Shown here piece after piece: positions 48,499 through 61,285 of a stretch of DNA of 64,000 bases. This stretch comes from Salaquimonas sp. GTDB lineage: Bacteria > Pseudomonadota > Alphaproteobacteria > Rhizobiales > Rhizobiaceae. The translations under genes were made by a program, and so were the position numbers. The first letter of the stretch is position 1. Each line of letters opens with the position of its first letter. Under the pieces are notes generated by a model. The model was not told where the DNA came from and did not search any database. It saw only the letters and a program-made list of their open reading frames with translations. The DNA lies in NCBI GenBank assembly GCA_022340185.1, contig JAJDOK010000073.1:45049-109048 (forward strand). Reading direction: 5' to 3'.

Positions 48499-49209
48499 AT
48501 GACGGAAGACAAAAGCAAATCTATCGATTTGCCCGCGCTCGACTGGATCGATGGCACGATCCCCTTTTCGCCACGCTTCGCCGACACCTATTATTCGAAG
48601 GCCGGCGGGCTGGCCGAGGCCGAATACGTCTTCATCGCCGGCAACGGCCTGCCTGCGCGTTGGCCAGCCGTGCCCGAATGCACGATTGCAGAACTCGGTT
48701 TCGGCACCGGGCTGAATTTTCTGGCGACGATGCGCCACTGGCGCGATCTGGCCCCGCCCGGCGCAACGCTGCGCTACGTCTCATTCGAGCACCTTCCTCT
48801 GTCGCCCGCCGACATGGCAAAAGCGCTGTCGCGCTGGCCGGAACTTGCCGATGTGGCCAACCGCCTCGCCAGTCTGTGGCGGCCCGAATTCGAAATCCTG
48901 CAGGTGGCATTCGCCGACAAAGTCGAACTTATCGTGTTCATGGGCGACGCCAATATCCGCCTGCCGCAACTCGAACTGAAGGCCGATGCCTGGTACCTCG
49001 ACGGCTTCGCCCCGTCGCGCAATCCCGAACTCTGGTCGGCCACGTTGATGGCTGAAGTATTCGCCCACACCGGACCGGGCGGCACCTTCGCGACCTACAC
49101 CGCCGCCGGCCAGGTGCGCCGCGATCTCCGAGCGGCAGGCTTCGTGGTCGAACGGCGTCCGGGTTTTGCCGGAAAACGCGAAATGCTGGCGGGCAAACGT
49201 CCGGCATGA
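48499..49209 (+). CDS. mnmD: tRNA (mnm5s2U34) methyltransferase MnmD (stand-alone MnmC methyltransferase domain)
   Basis: ELGFGTGLNF SAM motif and AWYLDGFAPSRNPELWS. Confidence 0.8.
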   Translation: MTEDKSKSIDLPALDWIDGTIPFSPRFADTYYSKAGGLAEAEYVFIAGNGLPARWPAVPECTIAELGFGTGLNFLATMRHWRDLAPPGATLRYVSFEHLPLSPADMAKALSRWPELADVANRLASLWRPEFEILQVAFADKVELIVFMGDANIRLPQLELKADAWYLDGFAPSRNPELWSATLMAEVFAHTGPGGTFATYTAAGQVRRDLRAAGFVVERRPGFAGKREMLAGKRPA

Positions 49210-49318
49210 CACCGCCGGATGCCAGCCGGCAGTGTCATTTCGTCGCCCAACCTGCCGCATTGACGGGAGAACTGCTTCGAAACCAAGCCTACCATCAAAT
49301 CATTGCAGGTTGACCGTC

Positions 49319-50650
49319 ATGGCCATGCCCTTTTCGAAATTCGTGCTCGAGACCCGGCCGGGCGATTTGCCCGACGAGGTCTTGCACCAGGCGTGCCGCT
49401 GCCTGCTCGACCTTGCCGGTGTCGCCGCCGCCGGCCGGCGCACCAGGCTCACCGGCATCATCGCCGACCACGCCGCCGAATACTTTGCAGCGGGCAGTAA
49501 ATCAGCGCCGATTCTGTTCGATGGACGCCCGGTCAGTCCGGCCGGTGCCGCGCTCGCCGGCGGCATGATGATCGATTCGCTTGACGCCCATGACGGCCAC
49601 CGCCTGACCAAGGGCCATGCCGGCTGCGGCCTGCTGCCCTCGATCCTTGGCATCGCTTGCGCCGAAGGCCTGCCCGATGGTGCCGAACTGTTGACGCGCC
49701 TGGCGCTCGGCTACGAGATCGCCACCCGCGCCGGCATCGCGCTGCATGCGAGCGCGCCGGACTATCATACTTCCGGCGCCTGGGTGGCGGTCGGCTGCGC
49801 CGCGCTCGGCGCGCGTGCACTGCGTCTTGACACGGCGGGCCTCGCCCACGCTGTCGGCATCGCCGAATATCATGGGCCACGCAGCCAGATGATGCGCGTC
49901 ATCGACCATCCCACCATGCTGAAGGACGGCTCCGGCTGGGGTGCGATGGCCGGCACCTCGGCGGCCTATCTCGCCAAATCCGGGTTCACCGGCGCACCGG
50001 CGCTGACCATCGAGGACGAAGCGGTGCATGACATCTGGGCCGATCTGGGCGAGCGCTGGCGCATCACGGAGCAATATTTCAAGCCGTGGCCGGTCTGTCG
50101 CTGGACGCAACCCGCCGTGGAAGCGACACTCGCCGTTGCCGGTGAACACAGGATCGCTCCCGGTTCGATCGCGCGCATCGAGGTCGCGACCTTTCATGAA
50201 GCCTGCCGCCTCGCGGTGCGCGCGCCGGCCGACACCGAGCAGGCGCAATATTCCCTGCCCTTCCCTGTCGCTGCCGCCGCCGCGCGCGGGCGCCTCACCC
50301 CCGACGAGGTGATGGGCGAGAGCCTGCGCGATCCGGAAATCCTGGCGCTCGCCTCTGCCGTAGAGCTGATCGAGGACGATGCGATGAACGCCGAATTCCC
50401 GGCGCGGCGTTTCGCGGAAGTGGCGATTGTCACAGGTGACGGCGAACGCTTCGCTTCCACCCGCAACGAAGCGCGCGGCGATCCGGAAAACCCGCTCCCC
50501 GACGCCGAGATCGAAGCGAAATTCCGCGCCTATTGCCTGCCCTCGCTTGGTGAGCAACGCACCGAAGCATTGCTGGCCGCCATCACGGCACTGGGCGAAG
50601 ACGGCGATACCGCCCACCTCATGCGATTGCTGCACAAGCCGCTGGCGTAA
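49319..50650 (+). CDS. MmgE/PrpD family protein
   Basis: About 443 aa with the family-typical N-terminus (FVLETRPGDLPDEVLHQACRCLLD). ATG 49319 is in frame within track ORF 49166. Confidence 0.85.
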   Translation: MAMPFSKFVLETRPGDLPDEVLHQACRCLLDLAGVAAAGRRTRLTGIIADHAAEYFAAGSKSAPILFDGRPVSPAGAALAGGMMIDSLDAHDGHRLTKGHAGCGLLPSILGIACAEGLPDGAELLTRLALGYEIATRAGIALHASAPDYHTSGAWVAVGCAALGARALRLDTAGLAHAVGIAEYHGPRSQMMRVIDHPTMLKDGSGWGAMAGTSAAYLAKSGFTGAPALTIEDEAVHDIWADLGERWRITEQYFKPWPVCRWTQPAVEATLAVAGEHRIAPGSIARIEVATFHEACRLAVRAPADTEQAQYSLPFPVAAAAARGRLTPDEVMGESLRDPEILALASAVELIEDDAMNAEFPARRFAEVAIVTGDGERFASTRNEARGDPENPLPDAEIEAKFRAYCLPSLGEQRTEALLAAITALGEDGDTAHLMRLLHKPLA

Positions 50651-50669
50651 ATCGGCAAACGCTTTGGTC

Positions 50670-50696
50670 GTCATGCTCGGGCCTGTCCCGAGCATC
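50670..50696 (+). repeat. REP-like palindromic unit GTCATGCTCGGGCCTGTCCCGAGCATC
   Basis: 9-bp stem ATGCTCGGG/CCCGAGCAT with a 5-nt loop. Confidence 0.6.
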
Positions 50697-50718
50697 TAAC
50701 GAACCACGGTGATTCATT

Positions 50719-50746
50719 GGATCCTCGGCACAGGGCCGAGGATGAC
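50719..50746 (-). repeat. second REP-like palindromic unit in inverted orientation (reverse complement GTCATCCTCGGCCCTGTGCCGAGGATCC)
   Basis: 9-bp stem ATCCTCGGC/GCCGAGGAT. It differs from unit 1 by paired (compensatory) changes. Confidence 0.6.
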
Positions 50747-50806
50747 GTGGTGCGAATGGGGAACCACCAAGAAATTCGTAAACAGTCTGCTCGAATTCGC
50801 GCGCCA

Positions 50807-51433
50807 CTATAATTGCAGCATCGCCGGAATGCAGATTTCCTCTTCGTCACCGATATGGCGGATGAACAGCGCATCGAGGCGTTCGGCTGCCGACAGCAGC
50901 CGTTCGGCGCCCTTCAGCCATGCCTCGCGCATCGCCCTGTCTGACTGGGCCTTGTCGGTTCCTTCTGGTGCAACCGGGAACTCCCGCACCGCAGCCTCCA
51001 GATCGTCGAGCACCTCGGCCAGCACCTTGTGGTCGCCGTCGAGCATTTCCAGCGCGTGGTCCAGTTGCGGAAACAGCCGCAGGAAGGCCGGAAAAAAGTG
51101 ATGGTCCTCGATATGGTGATGACCATGTGCGTGGTGGACGAGATCGCTGCCGAGCCGCGCGATACGCGGTGATAGCGCCCGCATCGTGCCCATGTCGTCC
51201 ATTTCCTGGAATTGCTTCAGCCATGCAGGCAGCGTTGCCGAAGCTTTCAGCAGCCCCTCGTGGATCTGCATCCAGAATTCCGCCTCGCCGCGAAATCTCG
51301 GTGAGGCGCGCCATTCGGCACGCGGAATCTCGAACAGGCTGGCGCGCAATTGCGAACTTATCTGCTCACGCTGTTCGACGTGGTTGTCTGGATGATCGTA
51401 GGTGAAGGCTTCGGTCGGGGTTTCTTCTTCCAT
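50807..51433 (-). CDS. hemerythrin domain protein
   Basis: HAHGHHHIEDHHFFP and further His/Glu ligand motifs. Confidence 0.8.
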   Translation of the reverse strand: MEEETPTEAFTYDHPDNHVEQREQISSQLRASLFEIPRAEWRASPRFRGEAEFWMQIHEGLLKASATLPAWLKQFQEMDDMGTMRALSPRIARLGSDLVHHAHGHHHIEDHHFFPAFLRLFPQLDHALEMLDGDHKVLAEVLDDLEAAVREFPVAPEGTDKAQSDRAMREAWLKGAERLLSAAERLDALFIRHIGDEEEICIPAMLQL

Positions 51434-51532
51434 GCCCGAGAACTAGGGCGATTGTCGCGAGGATGCAATCGCGCGACACCCTTTCGTCATCCCTCACCTC
51501 AATGGGGAAGGAACGCCCTACCTGGCTTTCGC

Positions 51533-53974
<2,442 letters not shown>

Positions 53975-53983
53975 CGTTCGTCC

Positions 53984-55141
53984 TCAATCTTTCATGGATT
54001 CTTCACGCAGCGCGTCGGCGAGCATGTTGAGCCCGAGCACGAATGACATCAGCGCCACGGCCGGTGTCAGGCCGCCCCACACAAAAAGCCTGAGCTGCGC
54101 CACCTGGCTGCCATCCTTGATCGCGGTGCCCCAGTCGGGACTTTCCGGCCCCATGCCGAGGCCGAAGAAGCCCAGCGTTCCGAGCAGGATCGTGGTGTAG
54201 CCGATCCTCAGACTCGCATCGACGATCAGCGGTCCACGCGCATTGGGCAGGATCTCCCACAGCATGGTGTACCATGGCGACTCGCCGCGGGTCTGGGCGG
54301 CGGCGATATAGTCGCGCGTCTCGATATCCATGACGAGACCGCGCACGATGCGGAAGACGCCCGGGCTCGACGCGAAGACGACGGCAACGAAGATGTTGAG
54401 TTCGTTCGGCTGGATACTGACGATCCCGAGCGGATCGGCGTTGAAGACCAGACCGAAATAAAGCCACGCACCGAGGATGATGGTGATGGCAAGCAACGGA
54501 TAGAGTCGCTCCGGCCGCCCGTTGTAGCGCGTATAGAACAGCACGGCGAAGAAGATGATCGGGAACAGGAACAGCACGCCCGCCATGGCATAGGGTATGG
54601 GCGTATCCATGATCCCCGGCGTTACCAGCAGATAGAACAGCAGGATCACCGGAAAGGCGAGCACGAGATTGGCCAGGAAAGACAGGACCTGGTCGATCTT
54701 GCCGCCGAAATAGCCCGCCGGCAGCCCCAGCGTGATGCCGACCAGCAGGGCGATCATCGTGGCAGCCGGTGCGATCGTCAGCACGATGCGCGCGCCATAG
54801 ACCGCGCGGCTGAAAACGTCGCGCGCAAGCTGGTCGCCACCGAGCAGGAATGTGATGCCGCTTGCCGGATCGATCGATCCCGGCACCGCGTTCTTCATCA
54901 CCGCGACCTGGACCCGGGGATCGAGCGGTGCGACGATATTGGCGAAGACCGCCGTGAACAGCCAGAAGAGACAGATCGCCAGACCGACAACGCCAATGCC
55001 GTTGTCGAAAATCCGGCCCGCCAGCCCCAGACTCTTCCTGTAGCGGTAACTGACGACAAGAACGATGATGAGGCTTGCCCAGACGGGCCACAGCCGCCCG
55101 ATTAGGCCGATCACAACACCGAAGAAACCCACATTTTCCAT
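53984..55141 (-). CDS. ABC transporter permease (DppC/OppC-like, long N-terminus)
   Basis: 385 aa, TM-rich. Confidence 0.9.
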   Translation of the reverse strand: MENVGFFGVVIGLIGRLWPVWASLIIVLVVSYRYRKSLGLAGRIFDNGIGVVGLAICLFWLFTAVFANIVAPLDPRVQVAVMKNAVPGSIDPASGITFLLGGDQLARDVFSRAVYGARIVLTIAPAATMIALLVGITLGLPAGYFGGKIDQVLSFLANLVLAFPVILLFYLLVTPGIMDTPIPYAMAGVLFLFPIIFFAVLFYTRYNGRPERLYPLLAITIILGAWLYFGLVFNADPLGIVSIQPNELNIFVAVVFASSPGVFRIVRGLVMDIETRDYIAAAQTRGESPWYTMLWEILPNARGPLIVDASLRIGYTTILLGTLGFFGLGMGPESPDWGTAIKDGSQVAQLRLFVWGGLTPAVALMSFVLGLNMLADALREESMKD

Positions 55142-55150
55142 CGTCAGCTC

Positions 55151-56188
55151 CTATCCAACGCGGATGCGCGGGTTGAGGAAGGCGTAGCCGATATCGGAAA
55201 TGAGCTGCGTGAGCAGCACGATCAGCACCGAAATCAGTCCGCAAGAAAGCAGCAGGTCGATATCGTTATTGGATGCCGCCTGCACCAGTAGCCAGCCGAA
55301 TCCCTTGTAGTTGAAGATGGATTCGGTCACGACGACACCGGTCAGAAGCCACGGGAACTGCAGCATGATGACGGTAAACGGCGCGATCAGGGCGTTGCGC
55401 AGCGCGTGCTTCATGACGACGGCGCCGAAACTGAGCCCCTTCAACCGCGCGGTTCGGATATATTGCTGCGTCATCACCTCGACCATGGAGGCGCGCGTCA
55501 TGCGCGCAATATAGCCCGTGCCGTAGATCGCCATGGTCAGGACCGGCAGGGTGAAATTGTAGAGACTGATGCCCCTTCTGGCCGCAGTCGCCGCCGAACC
55601 GTTGAGCCAGCCGAGCCACGAAGCGAAGATAATGGTGAGGATGATGCCCGAAACATATTCAGGCGTTGCCGTCGAACCTATCGAGGTGACCGACAGGGTC
55701 CGGTCGGTACGGCTGCCCTCCCGCATGCCGGCGAGCACACCGATCGTCAGCGACACCGGCACCATGACCAGCATCACCCAGAACATTAATAGCCCGGTTG
55801 CCTTGAGAGCCTGTGGCAGGCGTTGCGAAACCGGGGTCCTGAATGCGGTCGAACAGCCGAAGTCGCCTTCCAGGATTCCCGAATAGGTAGGCACAACCGG
55901 TTCATCGCAGAAGCGGAACCGCGGCACCGGTTCTCCCGTCTTCGGGTCGATCACCGGTACTTTGGGCCACACGCCCATCCAGCGGCCGAACTGCACGAGG
56001 TAGTTGTCGCGATAGCCGTTGCGTTGAAGCCAGTTTTCCTTGTCCTGGTCGCTGGCGCGCATCTCCGTCTGGAACGTGGCCAGCTTCCTCAGGTTTGGTT
56101 CCAGATTGACGAAAAAGAACACCACGAAGCTGAGACACAGCATCGTGAGCAGCATCACGCCAAGCCGCCGAAGAAAGAATGTGAACAT
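55151..56188 (-). CDS. ABC transporter permease (DppB/OppB-like)
   Basis: 345 aa with the C-terminus DIGYAFLNPRIR. Confidence 0.9.
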   Translation of the reverse strand: MFTFFLRRLGVMLLTMLCLSFVVFFFVNLEPNLRKLATFQTEMRASDQDKENWLQRNGYRDNYLVQFGRWMGVWPKVPVIDPKTGEPVPRFRFCDEPVVPTYSGILEGDFGCSTAFRTPVSQRLPQALKATGLLMFWVMLVMVPVSLTIGVLAGMREGSRTDRTLSVTSIGSTATPEYVSGIILTIIFASWLGWLNGSAATAARRGISLYNFTLPVLTMAIYGTGYIARMTRASMVEVMTQQYIRTARLKGLSFGAVVMKHALRNALIAPFTVIMLQFPWLLTGVVVTESIFNYKGFGWLLVQAASNNDIDLLLSCGLISVLIVLLTQLISDIGYAFLNPRIRVG

Positions 56189-56283
56189 CCCCTGTCCCCC
56201 TGAGCCGATGACGGCCGGCGCCTATTGTTGTTGTGCGCCTGCCAGGTCGGGAGAGGCCAGCCGGCCTCCCCCGGATTACGGGA

Positions 56284-57942
56284 CTAGGTGTCGAGCCAGA
56301 CTTCTTCCATCTGCAGCTCGAAGGTCTGGTGCATGAACAGACCCCTGACGTAGTCGGCGTGGTGCCGGTAAAGGGCGCGCCAGAATGGCTGGATGATGAC
56401 GCCCGAAGACTGCAGGATGAACTCGATATCCTTCATCATCCCCTTGCGCTTTTCGGCGTCTGCGACTGCGAGCGCCGCGCTGAGCTTCTCGTCGAATTCC
56501 GGGTTGGAATAGGCGGTCTCGTTCCAGGCTTCGCCGGTCCGGTAGGCAAGCGCCAGGACCTGAACGCCAAGCGGACGCATGTTCCACTCCGTCGTCGACC
56601 AGGGATATTTGGTCCAGTCGTTCCAGAAGCTCGAACCCGGAATGACCGTCCGCTTGATCTTGAAGCCGGCTTCACGGCACTGGGCGGCGATCACGTCGCC
56701 CGGCTGCTTCACATATTCGGAATCATACGAGATGAGTTCGAACTCGGTGTCCATCTGGCCGGCTTCCGTCATCAGCGCCTTGGCCTTGTCCAGATCGCGC
56801 GAGATCGTCGGAAGCTCGTAATATTCCGGATGAATCGGGCACACATGATGGTTCTCGCCCGTCGAACCGGCATCGTTGTAGCCGAGCTTGAGCACGGTTG
56901 CGTTGTCGACGGCAAGTTGCAGTGCGTTGCGCACCTTCTGGTCGTCATAGGGCTTGTTGTTGATATTGGTACGCAGCACGATCGTGGCGGCTGTCGTCAC
57001 CTCTTCCTTCATCAGGCCCATGGAGTCGAGCAATTCGACGGTCTCGCCGACGGTCTGGTAGTTGGAGTCGATCTCCCCGGATTCCAGCGCGGAAATGATC
57101 GCGTTCGAACTGGAATCAGCACCGTAATCGATGAAGTCGATCCCGTCGAGCAGGTACTCGCCCTTCCACCATGTGAAGTCCTTGCGCTTGCGCACCGAGG
57201 CGTTCTTGCCGACCTCGTAGGCGGTCACCTCCAAGGGGCCGGTGCCCGGTGTCTTCAGCATGTCGCCGCCCATCTTTTCGAAATCGCGATGAACGACGAT
57301 CGTCGGGTAGTCGGCAATGCCGGGGATGATGGTGATGTCGGAGGAATTGGTCTTCAGCTTGATCGTGTAGTCATCGACCCTGATGATCGCGCCTTCGGCG
57401 GCCTTCTTGGTATTGTCGTCGATCAGCGAGGACAGGCGCGAGGCGACCGAATTGCCTTCGACCGACTTGTCGCACCAGCGATTGAGATTGAAGATAACGT
57501 CGTCGGCATTGAAATCGTCGCCGTTCGACCATTTGACGCCCTGGCGCACATGCAGCGTGTATTCGGTGGCGTCCTCGTTGATTTCCCAGCTTTCCAGCAG
57601 GTGCCCCTCAAAGGTGAAGGACTTGGTGTAACGCACCAGATAGTCGTTGCACTGACGCATCACATTGGCCATTTCCGACCAGTCCCAGGTGCGCGGGTCC
57701 TTCATCTCCTTGACGATCATCTGCATCTTGAGGATGCCGCCCGGCTTGCCTTCCATGGCAGCACGCGCGGGAGTGGGAAGTCCGATCAGGCCGTAAGCCG
57801 TCGCCGTCGATGCGCCGAATGCCGAGGAAAGAGCGAGGAATTCGCGACGGTCCATGACACCCTTCTTGGTGTCTTCAGCCCAGCGGATCACTTGTTCGGA
57901 GAGTGCTTCGCCTCTCGTATTCGTCCATTTTTTCGTCATCAA
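56284..57942 (-). CDS. ABC transporter substrate-binding protein family 5, Tat-type signal
   Basis: [30 protein letters not shown]. The antisense ORF 56233..58323 is rejected. Confidence 0.9.
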   Translation of the reverse strand: MMTKKWTNTRGEALSEQVIRWAEDTKKGVMDRREFLALSSAFGASTATAYGLIGLPTPARAAMEGKPGGILKMQMIVKEMKDPRTWDWSEMANVMRQCNDYLVRYTKSFTFEGHLLESWEINEDATEYTLHVRQGVKWSNGDDFNADDVIFNLNRWCDKSVEGNSVASRLSSLIDDNTKKAAEGAIIRVDDYTIKLKTNSSDITIIPGIADYPTIVVHRDFEKMGGDMLKTPGTGPLEVTAYEVGKNASVRKRKDFTWWKGEYLLDGIDFIDYGADSSSNAIISALESGEIDSNYQTVGETVELLDSMGLMKEEVTTAATIVLRTNINNKPYDDQKVRNALQLAVDNATVLKLGYNDAGSTGENHHVCPIHPEYYELPTISRDLDKAKALMTEAGQMDTEFELISYDSEYVKQPGDVIAAQCREAGFKIKRTVIPGSSFWNDWTKYPWSTTEWNMRPLGVQVLALAYRTGEAWNETAYSNPEFDEKLSAALAVADAEKRKGMMKDIEFILQSSGVIIQPFWRALYRHHADYVRGLFMHQTFELQMEEVWLDT

Positions 57943-58368
57943 TACCTCCCGATGACTTTGCTCGATTCAAGCAGGTCCGGCTTCACGAGCCGCCCCGCGC
58001 CAAAACAGAACTGCGATTTGTTGAAGATGAAGTTGTACCCCTCAATTCTGGGCAAGTGGTTGATTGCCTATTATTGCATCATCTCGCAGGGCCTCAATCG
58101 CAACATATGCGCATGGCAAGGTCAACACCCATGGCCCGGGTTTGCCGCTAAGGGGACATGTTTTGCCGTTTTACGTTCGTTCAATGCTGCAATTGCCGCG
58201 GCATCGTGGATTTTCCCGACCCGGCCTGCAATGGACCGACTCCCGCATCGCGACATCGGCGTCGTTCTCAGGCATTCCAGCCGCTTCCTTTCTCTGACAA
58301 GCTCTTCCTTCACATGCTCGTGACCGGGACGGAAACACCGCAATGGCGGACAGGAAGGGATTGCACCG

Positions 58369-59553
58369 ATGAATGTGAACATCGCTCAGGGTGCACACGC
58401 AAGCGCGATCGATGGCGAATTCGCCGCCGCCGCTGCCCCGATCGGACAGGCGAGCGGATTGCCGAACTGGCTCTATGCCGGCGAGGATTCGCTCGCCACC
58501 GAGAAGAAGGCGGTCTTCGCGCCAGGCTGGACAGGTGTCGGCTTCGCCAAGGATGTGCCGGCAAAAGGCGACGTCAAGCCGGTCACCTTCCTTGGCGAGC
58601 CGCTGTTATTGGCGCGTGATCGCGACGGTGTCGTCCGCGTCTTCCAGAACACCTGCCGCCATCGCGGCGTCGTTCTGGTCGACGAAGCCAGATCGACGAC
58701 TGGTCTGATCCGCTGCCCCTATCACGCCTGGTGCTACGACCTGACGGGCGCACTCAAGCAGACGCCGCATGTCGGCGGTCCCGGCATCCACGAGCACGCG
58801 CAAATTGACAAGTCGAAACTCGGCCTTGTCGAGATTCGCTCCCATGTCTTCATGGACGTTGTCTTCGTCAACCTGTCGGGCGATGCCGCTCCCTTTGAGG
58901 AGGTTTTCGCGACCATGCTCGAACGCTGGCGCGACTTCGGCCAGCCGATCCATCATGGCGGGCAGGAATCCTCCTTCAAGCTGGAAGTTGCGACCAACTG
59001 GAAGCTGGCGGTCGAGAATTATTGCGAAAGCTACCACCTGCCCTTCGTTCATCCCGGACTGAACAGCTATTCGCGGCTTGAGGATCACGCCAACATTCTG
59101 GGCGACGGACCGTGGTCGGGCCAGTTGACCCGCGTCTACAACCCGCAACTCGACGAAACCGGCCGGCGCTTCGCCGATTTCGAAAAGCTGGACCCGCGCT
59201 GGTCGTCCAATGCCGAATATTTGTCGCTCTATCCAAACGTGCTGATGGGGGTCCACCGCGACCACACCTTCGCGATCGTGCTGGAGCCGGTCGCCCACGA
59301 CCGCACGATCGAACACGTCGAAATCTATTTCGCCGCCGAGACGTCGACCGGTGAGGACTGGCGTGACATGCGCGAAAGGAACGCCAGACTTTGGAAGGGT
59401 GTCTTCGTCGAGGATATCGGGGTTGTCGAGGCCATGCAGCGCGGGCGTCTGGCGAGTGCCTTCGACGGTGGCCATTTCTCGCCGGTCATGGATGAATCCA
59501 CCCATCATTTCCATCGCTGGATCGCCAAGCGATTCCTGGAAGCGGGGAACTGA
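58369..59553 (+). CDS. Rieske (2Fe-2S) non-haem iron oxygenase alpha subunit (GbcA/Stc2/CntA-like class)
   Basis: CRHRG...CPYHAWCYD Rieske motif and an SRPBCC-type catalytic domain with EN..E.YH..F.H. Confidence 0.85.
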   Translation: MNVNIAQGAHASAIDGEFAAAAAPIGQASGLPNWLYAGEDSLATEKKAVFAPGWTGVGFAKDVPAKGDVKPVTFLGEPLLLARDRDGVVRVFQNTCRHRGVVLVDEARSTTGLIRCPYHAWCYDLTGALKQTPHVGGPGIHEHAQIDKSKLGLVEIRSHVFMDVVFVNLSGDAAPFEEVFATMLERWRDFGQPIHHGGQESSFKLEVATNWKLAVENYCESYHLPFVHPGLNSYSRLEDHANILGDGPWSGQLTRVYNPQLDETGRRFADFEKLDPRWSSNAEYLSLYPNVLMGVHRDHTFAIVLEPVAHDRTIEHVEIYFAAETSTGEDWRDMRERNARLWKGVFVEDIGVVEAMQRGRLASAFDGGHFSPVMDESTHHFHRWIAKRFLEAGN

Positions 59554-59651
59554 TCTGGTTCCGTTTCGCCCGCCGGCACCGCTTTTTCACTTGCCAATGC
59601 AGGCTATTGTGATACTGGCCCAGCCGTTTACCCCTTCAGGGGCGAGGAAGC

Positions 59652-60611
59652 ATGCCTGACGCCGCGGGCACCATCCACATGACATTTCTGCTGGTCGAGG
59701 ATTTCTCGGCCATGTGCCTGATATCCGCCATCGAAGGATTGAGATCGGCCAATTACCTGCTTGGCCACAAGGCCTACAGCTGGCACATGATCAGCCATGA
59801 CGGTGGCCCGGTGCCCGCCTCCAACGGCATTGCCATGCAGGTCGAGGGTGATATCGGCCAGGATTTCAGAACCGATTTCCTGTTTGTCGTCTCGAGCCTG
59901 AAGAACGACCCGCCCTACCGCTCCAAGCTGCATTCACGGCTGAGGCATTTCGATCGGCAGGGCGTGCGGATGGGCGCGCTTTCCTGCGGCTCGCTCATCC
60001 TGGCGCGTGCTGGCCTGCTCGATCGCGCCAGATGCACCGTGCACTGGGAATTCCTGCCCGCCTTCCAGGACGAGTTCCCCGATGTCGACGTCGTCAGCGA
60101 TCTCTATGTCATCGACCGCGACCGATACACCTCGTCGGGCGGCATTTCCGGTATGGAGCTGATCCTTCAGGTCGTCACCGAGAAATATGGCGAAAACCTC
60201 GCCCAGCGCATCGCCAACAATTTCCAGCTCGACCGCATCCGCAATGCCGGCGACATGCAGCGTTCCGGCTCCGTGGCGCGCATGGACACCATGCCGCCGG
60301 CGGTCCAGGAATCGGTTCGTCTGATGCTGGCCAACATCGAACTGCCGCTATCGAATGTCGAGATCGCGCGCGCCATCAATACCTCGGTGCGCAATCTGGA
60401 GCGCATGTTCAAGCGCAATCTGCGCGCCTCGCCCGCCAAGTACTATCTGTCGCTGCGGCTGGAAAAGGCGCGCGAACTGCTGATGCACACCAACATCTCG
60501 ACGCTCGGGGTCGCGCTGCAATGCGGCTTTTCCTCAAGCTCCTATTTCGCCCGCTGCTTCCAGCGCGAGTTCTCCAAGCGCCCTTCCGACGTTCGCCGCA
60601 AGCGGAGTTGA
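59652..60611 (+). CDS. GlxA family (DJ-1/PfpI plus AraC HTH) transcriptional regulator
   Basis: Paralogous architecture to 37721..38680, with the C-terminal HTH SSSYFARCFQREF. Confidence 0.85.
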   Translation: MPDAAGTIHMTFLLVEDFSAMCLISAIEGLRSANYLLGHKAYSWHMISHDGGPVPASNGIAMQVEGDIGQDFRTDFLFVVSSLKNDPPYRSKLHSRLRHFDRQGVRMGALSCGSLILARAGLLDRARCTVHWEFLPAFQDEFPDVDVVSDLYVIDRDRYTSSGGISGMELILQVVTEKYGENLAQRIANNFQLDRIRNAGDMQRSGSVARMDTMPPAVQESVRLMLANIELPLSNVEIARAINTSVRNLERMFKRNLRASPAKYYLSLRLEKARELLMHTNISTLGVALQCGFSSSSYFARCFQREFSKRPSDVRRKRS

Positions 60612-60617
60612 GCATCG

Positions 60618-60986
60618 TCAACCTATTCCCGCAGCGATTTCCAATCGCGCAGCCGCCTGCCTGAGTCGCCTGTCGCGCGTCCATAACATCGCGCCAGATG
60701 TCAGTTTTGTGCCGGCAAGCAGATGCGCATCGACATAGCCAACACCGAGACCATATAGGCCCTGCAATTCGATAAAGATCATGACCTCGTCATGGTCGGC
60801 GGTCTTCACCTGATCGAGTCCCTTCAAAGCGTCGAGCACTGCTTCGCGATTACGCAGCTGACCAAGCGCCAATTCCCCAATGATGAAAGGATGAATCAGA
60901 ACTTCGTTCGCACGCAGTCGCTTGGCTAGTTCTTCGTCGCCGTTTCGCAGGTGATCGACCCAAACCGAGGTGTCGGCAAGCAGCAC
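60618..60986 (-). CDS. vapC: type II toxin VapC (PIN domain)
   Basis: GTG start, LLADTSVWVDHL with the first acidic PIN residue, 122 aa. It starts 6 nt after the vapB stop. Confidence 0.85.
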   Translation of the reverse strand: MLLADTSVWVDHLRNGDEELAKRLRANEVLIHPFIIGELALGQLRNREAVLDALKGLDQVKTADHDEVMIFIELQGLYGLGVGYVDAHLLAGTKLTSGAMLWTRDRRLRQAAARLEIAAGIG

Positions 60987-60992
60987 ACCAAT

Positions 60993-61190
60993 TCACGCAG
61001 CGTCGGGCCGACGTCTGGGGATTGGAGCAAGATCGGGTTCGCTTGCGCCAAGATCTGCAAGACGACGCGCACTTTCGCGCGCAATCAAGGCCTTGAGCGC
61101 TTCGCGCAGTAATGCCGAGCGCTCCTTCAGGCCGGTATAGGCCCGTGCCTTTTCCAGCAAGTCATCGTCGAGTGCAACGGTAGTCCTCAT
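60993..61190 (-). CDS. vapB: type II antitoxin VapB
   Basis: MRTTVALDDDLLEKA N-terminus, typical of VapB antitoxins. 65 aa. Confidence 0.8.
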   Translation of the reverse strand: MRTTVALDDDLLEKARAYTGLKERSALLREALKALIARESARRLADLGASEPDLAPIPRRRPDAA

Positions 61191-61285
61191 GGTTCGGACC
61201 TCCCATGAAATAGGCCAGCCGCGCCAGCGAGTTCGGCATCAAAAATAGCATCATATGGTGCTAAATTCAATGCCTAACACTCTAT

